From positions 327,980,001-328,044,000 of the forward strand of contig OZ024741.1 of the NCBI GenBank assembly GCA_964016885.1: DNA of 64,000 nucleotides. The letters are read 5' to 3'. The stretch comes from Eledone cirrhosa. Lineage: Eukaryota. The first letter of the stretch is position 1, and each line of letters starts with the position of its first letter. The notes beneath the pieces are model-generated. The model ran no database searches. It saw nothing but the letters and a program-made list of their open reading frames with translations, and was not told where the DNA came from. The position numbers were made by a program, and so were the translations under genes. Shown piece after piece: positions 39,586 to 53,392 of the stretch.

Positions 39586-40176
39586 GTGAGGTTTTGTTTA
39601 CAAAATGAAAAACAACAGAGGTGTCCTACACGAGTGAAAGTATAAAGAAAAAGAGATGAAATCGAAAATGCAACTGGAGTGTTATTTTTAAAAAAAATAT
39701 ATATATTTATTTGGTTCCTTTACCGGTTTCGCAGTTCTTCTGCTTTTCAAAAGGTGAGTTGAGATGGAGGGTCTGTGGTTTTTCTCACATCTGGTTGGTC
39801 TCTGAATGTTACTTGTTTTATATGGAAAAAGTGGCTCGAAATGCCAGGTTTTTCGAGAAGTAATTTGATTGGTTTGACAATAATTATAATAAATTTCGCG
39901 CCAGTTCGCGAACTGGCGCGAAATTTATTATAATTATTGACAAACCAATCAAATTACTTCTCGAAAAACCTGGCATTTCGAGCCACTTTTTCCATATAAA
40001 ACAAGTAACATTCAGAGACCAACCAGATGTGAGAAAAACCACAGACCCTCCATCTCAACTCACCTTTTGAAAAGCAGAAGAACTGCGAAACCGGTAAAGG
40101 AACCAAATAAATATATATATTTTTTTTAAAAATAACACTCCAGTTGCATTTTCGATTTCATCTCTTTTTCTTTATA
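39578..40176. mobile_element. Family A pLTR fold-back: 268-bp arms, no spacer; HHR motifs at 39717-39754 (minus) and 40063-40100 (plus)
   Basis: Centre TTCG|CGAA at 39908/39909. One arm mismatch seen. U3-A8 core identical to 595-632. Confidence 0.88.
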
Positions 40177-40451
40177 TATATATATACATGTATATATTTA
40201 TGTATGTGTCTGTGATGATACCCAGTAGCTTACCCTGTCGGAAATGTTGAACTTGATGAAATAAGAATCAGACTTGAAAACATAAGTAGTGGAGTACGAT
40301 ATGGTCAGCTAAATCCTTTCAAACAATCACCTCAATATTATGACTAAAACAATAAATAAACAATAGAATATAACTATACATATGGAAACATGCAACCTCT
40401 CCCTTATTTCAATAACTATTCCAGTGTTATCTACTACATTTTGATCAAATA

Positions 40452-41037
40452 TAATTGTTTTTACTTTTTGCACAAGGCCAACAATTACCCAGTACATAAT
40501 GGTACTTATATTTTATCGACCCCGCAAGGATGAAAGGCAAAGTTAACCTCCGCGGGATTTGAACTCAGACGAGAAAGGGCCGTAACTCTTTGCTGCAAAG
40601 CATGGCGTCTTACCCTCTACCGATACTGCCAATCCACCAATATTCACTTACAACGGGTTCTCATGTAGGCACATGAAAAACAATTTGGAATGACAGGGAA
40701 GAGTTGATCCCATCGACTCCAGTATTTTACTTGTATTTTATTTCACCGAATTATTATGAATTGTAGGGAAACTTGATTTCAGTGAGATATAAAACTAGAA
40801 TGTAAAGTTTATTAATGAAATATTTATTTCTACTTCGAGCACAAGGCCAGCAATTTTAGGGGAAACGGAAAGCCGACTAAATGGCTCCCGGTGCGTTACT
40901 GGTAATTTATTTCATCGAACACATAAAGATGAATGGCAAAACTAACCTCGTCGGGATTTGAATAGAATATAAAAGGCCGTAACCACATGCCGAAAATTGT
41001 ATTGTCCGTCTCTCTAATGACTCTGCCAATCCACCGT
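40452..41037 (-). mobile_element. tRNA-derived SINE copies (40452-40637 and a diverged copy at 40824-41037)
   Basis: Reverse complement of the family consensus. Confidence 0.8.
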
Positions 41038-41389
41038 ACGACAATTATTATTATACTTTCACGCATTCAAATAGATATAAAATGGCTCCTTTATATAATT
41101 AAATACTAAACTTTCTGAACATAGTAAAGTCTCAGGATTTATTGATTAGGATATTCGGCTCACGATCGAACGGGCGTTGGTCTCCTTCATTGTGCCTACT
41201 GATAAGGCAGATATTACACACTGTGTCACGTAGAACTTCCCTGAGAAATAATTTCAAATTAAATGTGCTCGCGGAAAGCTCAGTCACTTTTACGGTAAAT
41301 TGACAAACAAGATTTTACGTTATTTGTACTGGAACACTTGTCGTGTGGATAGGCAGGTGTCCACTCCACGCACACATACACGCACGCAC

Positions 41390-41489
<100 letters not shown>

Positions 41490-43204
41490 ACACACACACA
41501 CACATACACTTACACTCATATACACATTCACATAATGAATATTCATCTAAGATATAATCTTATACTTGTACACATCAACACATGTGAAGCTTATTAATTT
41601 TACCTTACGCTATTTTTGTTTATAATTCTATTCCATTTTGATATACATTATAATTTAACTTATAATACTTCTTATTGTACTTTCATTCAATTTATTTCAA
41701 AATGGTTTCTTTATTTCATTTTATTAAATAATAAAATTCTATGAACATATAATAAATTGCTTTAAGCAGCAACATGTCGTTTACACACAGGAATTTTAAA
41801 AATATGAAAGAAAACAGTAAAGTATATTATTATATAGAAATGTTTTGATTATATATCAGCATGGATTTAACATATACTAATTGGGTACAAATTGCATCAT
41901 ATATAATATTAACAATTTGACACAGCACAGTAAAAGATATTTTAAGATACGTATGTTTTACATTCAGCATGTGTTCTGTTTTTCATACATTTTATCCGTA
42001 CCTGGAACCTCTTTTCATATCTTGGATATTCAAATTCATATTAACGATAGCTTATCATTATTTATGATCTAGCGAATATTTCCAATGTATTCATTTTCAC
42101 TCGATATTTTAACTTAGTGTCTTAGTTTCCTTTATGACATTTTGTTTTATTAAATAACATGTTTGTTTCAACATATACTAAATTGCTCTCAGTAAGAATT
42201 GAAATTTACATACATAATTTTGTTAAAATTATACGAAAGGCAATGCTATAATATTTTATATAAGCTTTATATTTAATTCTTTAAAAACACAATATGTCTT
42301 CTTACAAATTTTATGGAGATTTATTTTCTTTCTTAAAAAGCTGAAAGTTTAGCATTATAATAAACTTGTATGGCTTTATATATATATTCTTTTTAAATGT
42401 TATATAAGCATCACTAGAAGGACTTCATTTAAAGCTAACTTTAAAGAATACACGTTTTCATAATCGAACGAGCGCTGCTGTGATTAATTACATTTTACTT
42501 AAGATATTCACAGCCATAACAAAACTTATTTACCAGTTACCTATTCATGTAGGAATAACGTTACAATACCAGTTACTTTATTAAGACCCTTCTTTTCGTT
42601 TTCCTTTCCATTACAATATGCTTTCGATATAGTATTTCTTCTTTTGCAAGATTCTTAGTGTTAAACCGTGTGTTGAAACCGATATTGATGTATTTTAGGA
42701 GAGTCACGCTGGTTGTCATAAATACATGCATATGTTAGGCTCAAGATGTTTATTTTTTAAATGAAATTTAGTAAGAAAAAAATGTTAAAAAGAGGAAACA
42801 TACGGAGTGAAAAATAGGGAAATATAGAAAAAAAGGAGAGAAAGAAAGAAAATAAACGGGAAGAGGGTGGCAATAGCTCAGGTGTCGAGAAAAGAGGGGA
42901 GGGGTGAAGGAGAAGGGTCATTGGGCTTTGGGTGTAGTGCAAGAGGACAGAAGTGCTGCGCCCCGCTGACAAGACGACAAAATCATTCATCCGGAAGATG
43001 GCCAGTGACACACGCTGCAACAGCCACCCAACCGCGCGGAGCTCATTTCAGATTCATTAATAAATTGCAAATACATAAGCACACACACACATACACATGC
43101 ACGCGCGCGCGCGAGCGCACATAATCACACAGACACATAAACACATACATATTTATATATATATATGTAGAGAGAGAGAGAGATAGATATCTTTCATTAT
43201 TTGC

Positions 43205-43306
43205 CCCGAGGTCAACTTTGCCTTTCATCCTTACGGGGTCGATAAAACAAAGTACCAGTAATACACTGGGAAATTGTTGACCTTGTGCCAAAAGTAGAAA
43301 CAATTA
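43205..43306 (+). mobile_element. 5'-truncated SINE
   Basis: Family body and tail only. Confidence 0.8.
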
Positions 43307-43389
43307 CTTGCCACAGGGGCGTACAAAAATGGGACATTACAAGACGTGACGGCGGGGATTTTCCATAAAAAACATATAACTTTTAACAT

Positions 43390-44058
43390 TAATAAATAAC
43401 AATAAACTATATATAATAAATAACAATTGAAATCCCCAATAAGGGTAATGTTACTGCAGGGTTGTTTTACACCGCATGGATAGAACAACCCTCACCACCA
43501 GGAACACGTTTTGTAGGTGTTCCCGTCTTCCCTTTATTTATCTTCCTCAACCTACAGGTTTATATACAGACAAGGCCCATTCACTCGGGCCATTTTTGCC
43601 ACATTCACCCACCTTTCAGCGAATTTACTGGGGTGTAGCACCTCTCTCTCCATTCTCACCTTCCTTGTGAAGTGGTACTTAAAGAAGGGGATAAGTTGTT
43701 GTCCGGAGAGAAAGGTGTTTGCACACATTCCTTTTAACCTCGTCCACCATATTACCTCTTTCGCCATAGCCACCAGGCAGAGGAAAACAGCCTCTCCTTC
43801 ATTCTTAAATGAAGGCGGCGGGGTGATCCTCACGATGGACTGGGCTGACAACTGGATGCGTCCCACACGTGACAGTAGCTGTTCGACATAATTCCACAGG
43901 TCAGTCACCGCTGGGCACTGAACAATTGCGTGCAGAGTGGTTTCGATGTCTTGCTCGCATCTTGAACAGGTCCTTTTGGCAGGATCTCTGCCAGGGCATC
44001 CGTGCCTGTAGATTTTGTCTCGAACTGGTAGAGCTCCTCGGTAGCGCTGCCAGGCCAG
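43390..44058 (-). mobile_element. 3' fragment of a related Tx1/L1-clade LINE
   Basis: ORF 43552-43908 (LWNYVEQLLSRVGRIQLSAQSIVRI...LVAMAKEVIWWTRLKG) closely matches the end of ORF2 at 14590-14936. Confidence 0.9.
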
Positions 44059-44197
44059 AGATAGATAGATAGAAAATTATTAAGACTTTGTGCCCTACGG
44101 CAAGAGCTCAGCTATAGGACAGAAACTCATAATACGTATGCTCTACCTTCATAAATTTCGAGTATCAATTTAAACAATGGTCTCACTAAACTGCTAA

Positions 44198-44345
<148 letters not shown>

Positions 44346-44485
44346 CTCTCTCTGTATATACATGTATGTAAAAGGTAAACAGAAATAACAACACAATCGG
44401 TACAGTATATGTAAGGAATATATTAGGTTAACGTTTGATATATATATATATATATTTAACCTCTATTTTTTTAAATATATATATA

Positions 44486-44598
<113 letters not shown>

Positions 44599-44599
44599 A

Positions 44600-45606
44600 T
44601 TAAACAATTAAGTTAAAAATGTACATCCACATATGTATACTGAAATACTAGTATGCATATGAATACACACACGTATACATATGTAGATGTACCGAGTTTT
44701 TCACTGGTCACTTTACTGTGAGTGTCCAGCTATTCTGTATGTAAACACACAGACAAACCGGTTTTTAGAGTCATACTTGTTTTTGAGGAAACACCTTTCC
44801 TCTATTCTCCAGAAAGCCAGACAAGGAATATTGAACTAGTTTCGATGTTGTTACATCTCATCAGCAATATTTACCTATCTTCCGGCCTTTCTAGAGAATC
44901 GTAAAAGCACATATCGTTATATGCTTTTTCTCTATGAAAATTAGTAGTGGGCAGACTAATTTGCATAGAGCGTGAGTACGTACCGGTTCAACGGAGACGA
45001 TAAAAACAAATAACGAAACGAAATTAAATTTCGTTTCGTTTGTAACTCACTTTTGTATGACTGACGCTTAAACAATTAAGTTAAAAATGTACATCCACAT
45101 ATGTATACTGAAATACTAGTATGCATATGAATACACACACGTATAGATATGTAGATGTACCGAGTTTTTCACTGGTCACTTTACTGTGAGTGTCCAGCTA
45201 TTCTGTATGTAAACACACAGACAAACCTGTTTTTAGAGTCATACTGGTTTTTGAGGAAACACCTTTCCTCTATTCTCCAGAAAGCCAGACAAGGAATATT
45301 GAACTAGTTTCGATGTTGTTACATCTCATAAGCAATATTTACCTATCTTCCGGCCTTTCTAGAGCATGACTCTAAAAACCGGTTTGTCTGTGTGTTTACA
45401 TACAGAATAGCTGGACACTCACAGTAAAGTGACCAGTGAAAAACTCGGTACATCTACATATGTATACGTGTGTGTATTCATATGCATACTAGTATTTCAG
45501 TATACATAGGTGGATGTACATTTTTAACTTAATTGTTTAAGCGTCAGTCATACAAAAGTGAGTTACAAACGAAACGAAATTTAATTTAGTTTCGTTATTT
45601 GTTTTT
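44600..45606 (-). mobile_element. Non-coding HHR element, family L: 468-bp tandem period plus inverted end (45367-45606)
   Basis: 44601-44896 is repeated at 45069-45364. (TA)n on both sides. Confidence 0.8.
44827..44871 (-). ncRNA. Canonical minimal hammerhead motif, family L (second copy 45295-45339 has G5 changed to U)
   Basis: AATATTG CTGATGA GATGT aaca ACATC GAAA CTAG TT CAATATT. Confidence 0.88.
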
Positions 45607-45617
45607 ATATATATATT

Positions 45618-45653
<36 letters not shown>

Positions 45654-45669
45654 TATATATATATATATT

Positions 45670-45703
<34 letters not shown>

Positions 45704-45717
45704 AATATATATATATA

Positions 45718-45751
<34 letters not shown>

Positions 45752-45756
<5 letters not shown>

Positions 45757-45955
45757 CACAGACCCTCCATCTCAACTCACCTTTTGAAAAGCAGAAGAAC
45801 TGCGAAAGCGGTAAAGGAACCAAATAAATATATATATTTAAAAAAAAAATAAGACTTCAGTTGCATTTTCGATTTCATCCCTTTTTCTTTATACTTCCAC
45901 TCGTGTAGGACACCTCGGTTATTTTTCATTTTGTAAAAAAACCTCACTTTCTAAT
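45752..45955 (+). mobile_element. Family A pLTR fragment; HHR at 45780-45817 with a stem III mutation (GCGG)
   Basis: Reverse complement of 341-545. Confidence 0.8.
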
Positions 45956-45973
45956 ATATATATATATTTATAT

Positions 45974-46008
<35 letters not shown>

Positions 46009-46053
46009 AAAATATATATATATATTTATATATATATATAAATATATATATAT

Positions 46054-46173
<120 letters not shown>

Positions 46174-46630
46174 GAAGTAATTCCATCGGAAAAGTCCAGG
46201 AAAAAAGAGTGCTCTATGTAGGCAACAGAGCTTAATTATTATTATTATGTAATAAACAACATAAGGCAATTATTCCATTTACCAGTGGTTTCTTAAAAGC
46301 AAAAGGTTTTGCTTTCAATCCTCAGAACGGAAAAATTCTGGTTTATTTATTGAATTTGGATTACAAAACAAAAATGCAATCTATATGAAAGTGAGGCTGG
46401 AGAAGGGAGAAGGAAAGGAAAAATAAAATAAAATAAAACTACGCATGCAAACACACACACAAAAAAACCCCAAAAGCATACTTACACACACATACATATA
46501 TACATATATATATATGTACGCATACATATATACATATACACATATATATAAAACGTACACTTACGTACACAAACACATATATACACACATATACGCATAC
46601 ATACATTAATACATATACACACACGCACAC

Positions 46631-46667
<37 letters not shown>

Positions 46668-47164
46668 TATCCACACACATATATATATGTACATATATAT
46701 ATATATACATATATATACATATACACACATACACATACACACACATACACATGTGTGTGTACAAGCATACACATACACAAACATAGCCATACACACACAC
46801 ATATATATACACATACATACATTCACACAAACATACAAAACGTACATACATACACATACATGAATGCACTCCTCTACATGTTCACACACGCAAATAAATA
46901 TAAGAAAAAAAATATATATATATATACTTTTTTTTTATTTTTGACACCGATACATGACCCAGCTAACAGGACAGACACGCGTGGTAAATAATACACACAA
47001 AAGCACGTATACATACGTACGAAATAGTAAACACATACACACACTCTCATACATAAATATACATAAACAAATACAAAAACACATACATACACATACATAC
47101 ACAAACACGCACACGTATACATATTAAACACACACACATATGTATATGTAATTAAATACACACT

Positions 47165-47228
<64 letters not shown>

Positions 47229-47459
47229 TATATACATATATATACAAAAATATAAATATAAACGCTCACACACACACACACACACACGCATATACGTAAA
47301 CACACATATACATACATAGCTAAACAATTATACACATACAAATACGTATATATCAAAAACACGCACAACCAAATACAAATACACACACACACACACACTC
47401 ACATACACACACACACACACATACATAACAAAATAATAAATACACACACACATATATAC

Positions 47460-47492
<33 letters not shown>

Positions 47493-47503
47493 CATATATA
47501 CAC

Positions 47504-47608
<105 letters not shown>

Positions 47609-48046
47609 TATACACATACACACACATATACACACATACGTACATATACACATATGCATACACATACACACACACATATACATGTGTGTATGTGTAAAAC
47701 TCAGTATTAGAAAAGACAAATGAACCTTACATAAACGTATATATAGTAGTAAAGTAATAATGCATAAGGCAATTATTCCATTCACCAGAGGTTTCTTAAA
47801 AGCAAAAAATGTTTCCTTCAGTCTTCAGAATGAAAAAAATGAAAAAAACCTGGTTTATCCACATATACATACATATACACACACAAAAATACATATATAT
47901 ACACATACACATACACACACATATACATATATATGTATATATATATATTGTTATACTTTGGGAGGGACATGTTGCCAATATACATATATATATACACACA
48001 AAAATACATACACATACACATAGGTATGTGAAGGGCAAAACAAAAA

Positions 48047-49130
48047 GATTAGCAGTTTCTAATACCACCAACGGCCATAATCTTGATAAATTCCGTAAAG
48101 ATTTAATTAATACTTTTGCTAATCTTAACCTTAAAATTACTATAGATACGAACCTTACTAATGTTAACTTTCTTGATATTAATCTTGATCTACTTACTGC
48201 CTCTTTTAAACCCTATCATAAACCTAATGAAAATCTTAGGTATATAGACAAAGGGTCTTGCCATGCCCCTATAGTTTTTAATAATCTTATTCCGAACATT
48301 AGCCGTAGGATTTCTATCTTATCTTCGTCTATAGACATTTTTAATAAAGCTGCCCCTTATTATAATAAAGCCCTTAAGAACAGCGGTTTTACAGAAAAAA
48401 ATTTCTTATTTACCTACTCCCCCCCCCCCCCCCCCTAAAACTAACCATAATAACAGGAAAAGGAAGATTATTTGGTTCACACACCCCTTCTCTCTAACTG
48501 TCAAAACTAATGTAGGAAGGAAATTCCTTGAACTATTAGACAAACATTTTCCTCCTATTCATAGATATTATAAGATTTTTAATAGGAATGTAGTTAAGAT
48601 CAGCTACTCTTGTTGCCCATCCATGAAGTCCAAAATCACCAGTTCAAACCGTACGAGGATGCAGTTGCAGGAAGCCGGATGAATGCCCATTGCAGGGTAA
48701 ATGTAACACACAATATGTCGTTTATGAGGCTAAGATAACGCCAGTTATCAACAACCAGCCAGCCAGGAGTGAGCGATATGTCGGTATGACCCAGGACAGG
48801 TTTAAAACCAGATTTTACTCACATGTCGCTTCTTTTAAGCACTCTGATAAACGAACATCAACGGCCCTCGCAAGTAAGGTATGGGATCTCAACGATAGTA
48901 ATATCCCGTACTCTATTGATTGGTCTATATTAGACCATTCGAGGGAGTACCAAAGGGGCACAAAGAATTGTTCTTTGTGCACCACAGAAAAGTATAGGAT
49001 TTTGCTAAACTTGAGAGCCACTTCCGCTTGCATTAACTCAAAGACTGAGATCTTCAGATGCTGTCCTCATCTGAAATCGCATCTGATCTGTAACTGGATT
49101 GACACTCCTATGATAAATCAACCGCCTTGA
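48047..49130 (+). pseudogene. PLE RT C-terminus and GIY-YIG endonuclease, frameshifted
   Basis: VNFLDINLDL, KPYHKPN, RKRKIIWF, KIFNRNVVKISYSC, CPLQGKC..YVVYEA, YVGMT..FKTRF..H, CSLCTTEK, NSKTE...CPH. Confidence 0.92.
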
Positions 49131-49477
49131 ACTCCCTCTCTGCTCTTTACTTCTGCTACGATTTGCTGATTCTACCTTCTGTACTCTTGTATATTTACTA
49201 AATTTTTTTCTCCCTTACCTCCCCTTATATTTTACCTCCTTTTAGCCCCCCCCCCCCATATATTCTTTTTGTTTTGCCCTTCACATACCTATGTGTATGT
49301 GTATGTATTTTTGTGTGTATATATATATGTATATATATATATATGTATATATGTATGTATATATGTGTATGTATATATATATACATATATATGTATATGT
49401 GTGTGTATGTGTATATATATGTATTTTTGTGTGTGTATATGTATGTATATGTGGATAAACCAGGTTATTTTCATTTT

Positions 49478-49537
49478 TTTCATTCTGAAGACTGAAGGAA
49501 ACATTTTTTGCTTTTAAGAAACCTCTGATGAATGGAA
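49478..49537 (+). ncRNA. Hammerhead-like motif M2 with non-cleavable NUG site (mirror copy 47776-47835 on minus strand)
   Basis: TTTCATT CTGAAGA CTGAAGG...CTTTTAA GAAA CCTCTG(G/A) TG AATGGAA. Confidence 0.6.
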
Positions 49538-49707
49538 TAATTGCCTTATGTTGCATTATTACTTTACTACTATATATACGTTTATGTAAGGTTCATTTGT
49601 CTTTTCTAATATTGAGTTTTACACATACACACATGTATATGAGTGTGTGTATGTGTATGCATATGTGTATATGTACGTATGTGTGTATATGTGTGTGTAT
49701 GTGTATA

Positions 49708-49790
<83 letters not shown>

Positions 49791-49801
49791 GTGTATATAT
49801 G

Positions 49802-49834
<33 letters not shown>

Positions 49835-50497
49835 ATATGTGTGTGTGTATTTATTATTTTTTTATGTATGTGTGTGTGTGTGTGTATATTTGTATTTGGT
49901 TGTGCATGTTTTTGATATATACGTATTTGCATGTGTATAATTGTTTAGCTATGTATGTATATGTGTGTTTACGTATATGCGTGTGTGTGTGTGTGTGTAT
50001 TTAATTACATATACATATGTGTGTGTGTTTAATATATATACGTGTGCGTGTTTGTGTATGTATGTGTATGTATGTGTTTTTGTATTTGTTTATGTATATT
50101 TATGTATGAGAGTGTGTGTATGTGTTTACTATTTCGTACGTATGTATACGTGCTTTTGTGTGTATTACTTACCACGCGTGTCTGTCCTGTTAGCTGGGTC
50201 ATGTATCGGTGTCAAAAATTTTAAAAAGATATATATATATATATATTTTTTTTCTTATATTTATTTGCGTGTGTGAACATGTAGAGGAGTGCATTCATGT
50301 ATGTGTATGTATGTACGTTTTGTATGTTTGTGTGAATGTATGTATGTGTATATATATGTGTGTGTGTATGGCTATGTTTGTGTATGTGTATGCTTGTACA
50401 CACACGTGTGTATGTGTGTGTATGTGTATGTGTGTATATGTATATATATGTATATATATATATATATATGTACATATATATGTGTGTGGATATGCGT

Positions 50498-50537
<40 letters not shown>

Positions 50538-50821
50538 ATATGTATTAATGTATGTATGCGTATATGTGTGTATATATGTGTTTGTGTACGTAAGTGTACG
50601 TTTTATATATATGTGTATATGTATATATGTATGCGTACATATATATATATCTATATAAGTATGTGTGTGTAAGTATGCTTTTGGGGTTTTTTTGTGTGTG
50701 TGTTTGCATGCGTAGTTTTATTTTATTTTATTTTTCCTTTCCTTCTCCCTTCTCCAGCCCCACTTTCATATAGATTGCATTTTTGTTTTGTAATCCAAAT
50801 TCAATAAATAAACCAGGATTT

Positions 50822-50881
50822 TTCCGTTCTGAGGATTGAAAGCAAAACCTTTTGCTTTTAAGAAACCACTGGTAAATGGAA
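50822..50881 (+). ncRNA. Type I hammerhead motif M1 (mirror copy 46273-46332 on minus strand)
   Basis: TTCCGTT CTGAGGA TTGAAAGCAAA acct TTTGCTTTTAA GAAA CCACTGG TA AATGGAA. Confidence 0.85.
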
Positions 50882-50913
50882 TAATTGCCTTATGTTGTTT
50901 ATTACATAATAAT

Positions 50914-50952
<39 letters not shown>

Positions 50953-51929
50953 AAATGAACCAGTTTTTTTTTTCCTAAGTTCCATACGTTTGAGTCATTC
51001 TCGCTGGTGTTCAAATACATGAACTTAATAGCAGGCTGTTTGCGTATATGTACACACTATACAATACGGTGCATACATACATATATCCCAAAACATCATA
51101 TATATGCTGGAAGCAGAGAGTCATTAGTTTGGAAGGACATTTATGAATTACACACTAGTGCCTTAGGTAAAACACATATTAACAAAGACAAATGGTGCAT
51201 ATATAACCTTAAGTATTCTAATAGATACACGCTTTCCCTCTCGTATGCTTTGCCTTTACCCGCCCTCGCATACTCACATACACGATAATATTTTTATTCG
51301 TAACGATGTCATTCGTAAAACACATCATGCGAATTTTACATTTCACCATTGTGTTCTTTTTATCTACACTCATACATAGCCACCTGTTTAAATATGTATT
51401 CTGACATAATTTAACCATACCAGTTGCTCTCCGTCCGTCAGTCTATTGAGCGACGCATTTTCGGAATTATTACTCTATATAAATGCTTACAAATGTTCGC
51501 CTCATATGTCATTTTTCAATTCTTCCAGATTTTCAAATCCATTCAAAGGAAACCAACGACTTCCGCAACTAGGATTATTTAAACAATAACTCGCATATTT
51601 AAAGGATCACAATAGAATTTATAGCGCATGATAATCTTTGAATGCGTGACTCAACTATATTGGTAAGAAATTCTCAAGAGAGTTGGACAGCAGAAGGTCT
51701 TCAAAACGGAAACCGCCCTCAAGTGAATCACTCGTTAACGTCAGAACCATGATTAAAACGAATTATGTACAAGGAAGAAAGACAGAATGGCTTATGCCTG
51801 AAGAATGTAAAAGGGAAATGTAAGTAAATGAAGTGAATTACTGAAGAATGAACAGGATATTTATAACAATTGATCTGGGAAAGAAATAGTGAGATGAGGC
51901 AATGTTTTTTCATTTGCGTTACCTGAGAA

Positions 51930-52345
51930 TGGCGGTGCGTGGTCTATTGGTAAGTATGTTGGTTTTAAGATCATAATGTTGTGGGTTCAATTCCTGGAAT
52001 GGGATGTGTGTTGTATTCTTGAGCAACCCACCTAGTTTCCCATTGTTCGAGTATACTTAGCTGAAAATGTGTACTAGCAATAGCTGGGGGTTAACACTGC
52101 AATTGACTGGCATTATGTACTATTGGCAGTATCGGTAGAGGGTCGGACGCCATGCTTTCCAGCATAGTTACGTCCCTTTACAATCTGAGTTCAAATCCCG
52201 CCGAGGTTGACTTTGCCTTTCATCCTTACGGGGTCGATAAAATAAAGTACCAGTAATGCACTGGGTAATTACTGGCCTTGTGCCTAAAGTAGAAACAATT
52301 ATGTACTGGTGGGTTAATGTAATCTCAGTCTCTTAATGAGCCTCT
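51930..52345 (+). mobile_element. Older tRNA-derived SINE of a second family with a younger SINE (52123-52301) nested inside
   Basis: Outer element has TGGTCTATTGG and GGTTCAATTCC boxes. The inner SINE is flanked by the duplication ATTATGTACT. Confidence 0.65.
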
Positions 52346-52405
52346 GGGCTGAAGACTGACTTTTAGAGAGCACTTCATATGATCATAGAGTCAAAAACAC
52401 ATGTA

Positions 52406-52471
<66 letters not shown>

Positions 52472-53281
52472 CGCGCGCGTGTGTGCGCGCGTGTGTGTGT
52501 GTAATAGTATGTATATTTCGAAGACAAACTTATAAACGAATTCAATCATTTATATACGCTTACATAGATACAAACATACACATATAAGTGTCTCTAGATG
52601 TAAGTATGAGAATGCCTGTGGCTGTGTGTGTATGATTGTATATATGAGCATACAAATAATGCAAATGTCTTCACTTTTGTGAACGAAAATATATATAATA
52701 GTGAAAATAATTTAAACTAAAATGTGTTAAATTTTGAAAGATGAGAAGAAAGAGTAGTAAGAACGGTACACATACTGATTCACATAAAGTTAAATGAATA
52801 AAAAGCTGCTGTTAATGACAGGACTAAAAGCTTTTTACAAGAAACGCTTGAGGGCATATGTGGTGATTTTGTGGGTGGACTTAATTAGTTTGGAAAATAG
52901 TTCGAATATCATTATATAGAATCTTTGTTCTTATATATCGATACGATGTACCTTTAGCTATATTTCTATATCTAAATTCACTTACTACATATAGTGGAGT
53001 GTTAAACATGTGCACTAATGTCATAGCATGCACAAGCAGCAACAAGCGTACACACATATATATTCTGCATACACATAACTCATTATCTATATTTAATGGG
53101 CTCTGATCTAGTGATATCTGTAAAAGGTATTCAATATTCATGATATAATAATTATATGGGTTGATATATTGATTTCCTCGCAATATAGTTCCTCACTTTG
53201 CAGGAACATTGAAGCTGAGTTATCGGAAAATTAATATTCAGACACACATGTATGTGTGTGAGTATATATATATATATATAC

Positions 53282-53392
<111 letters not shown>

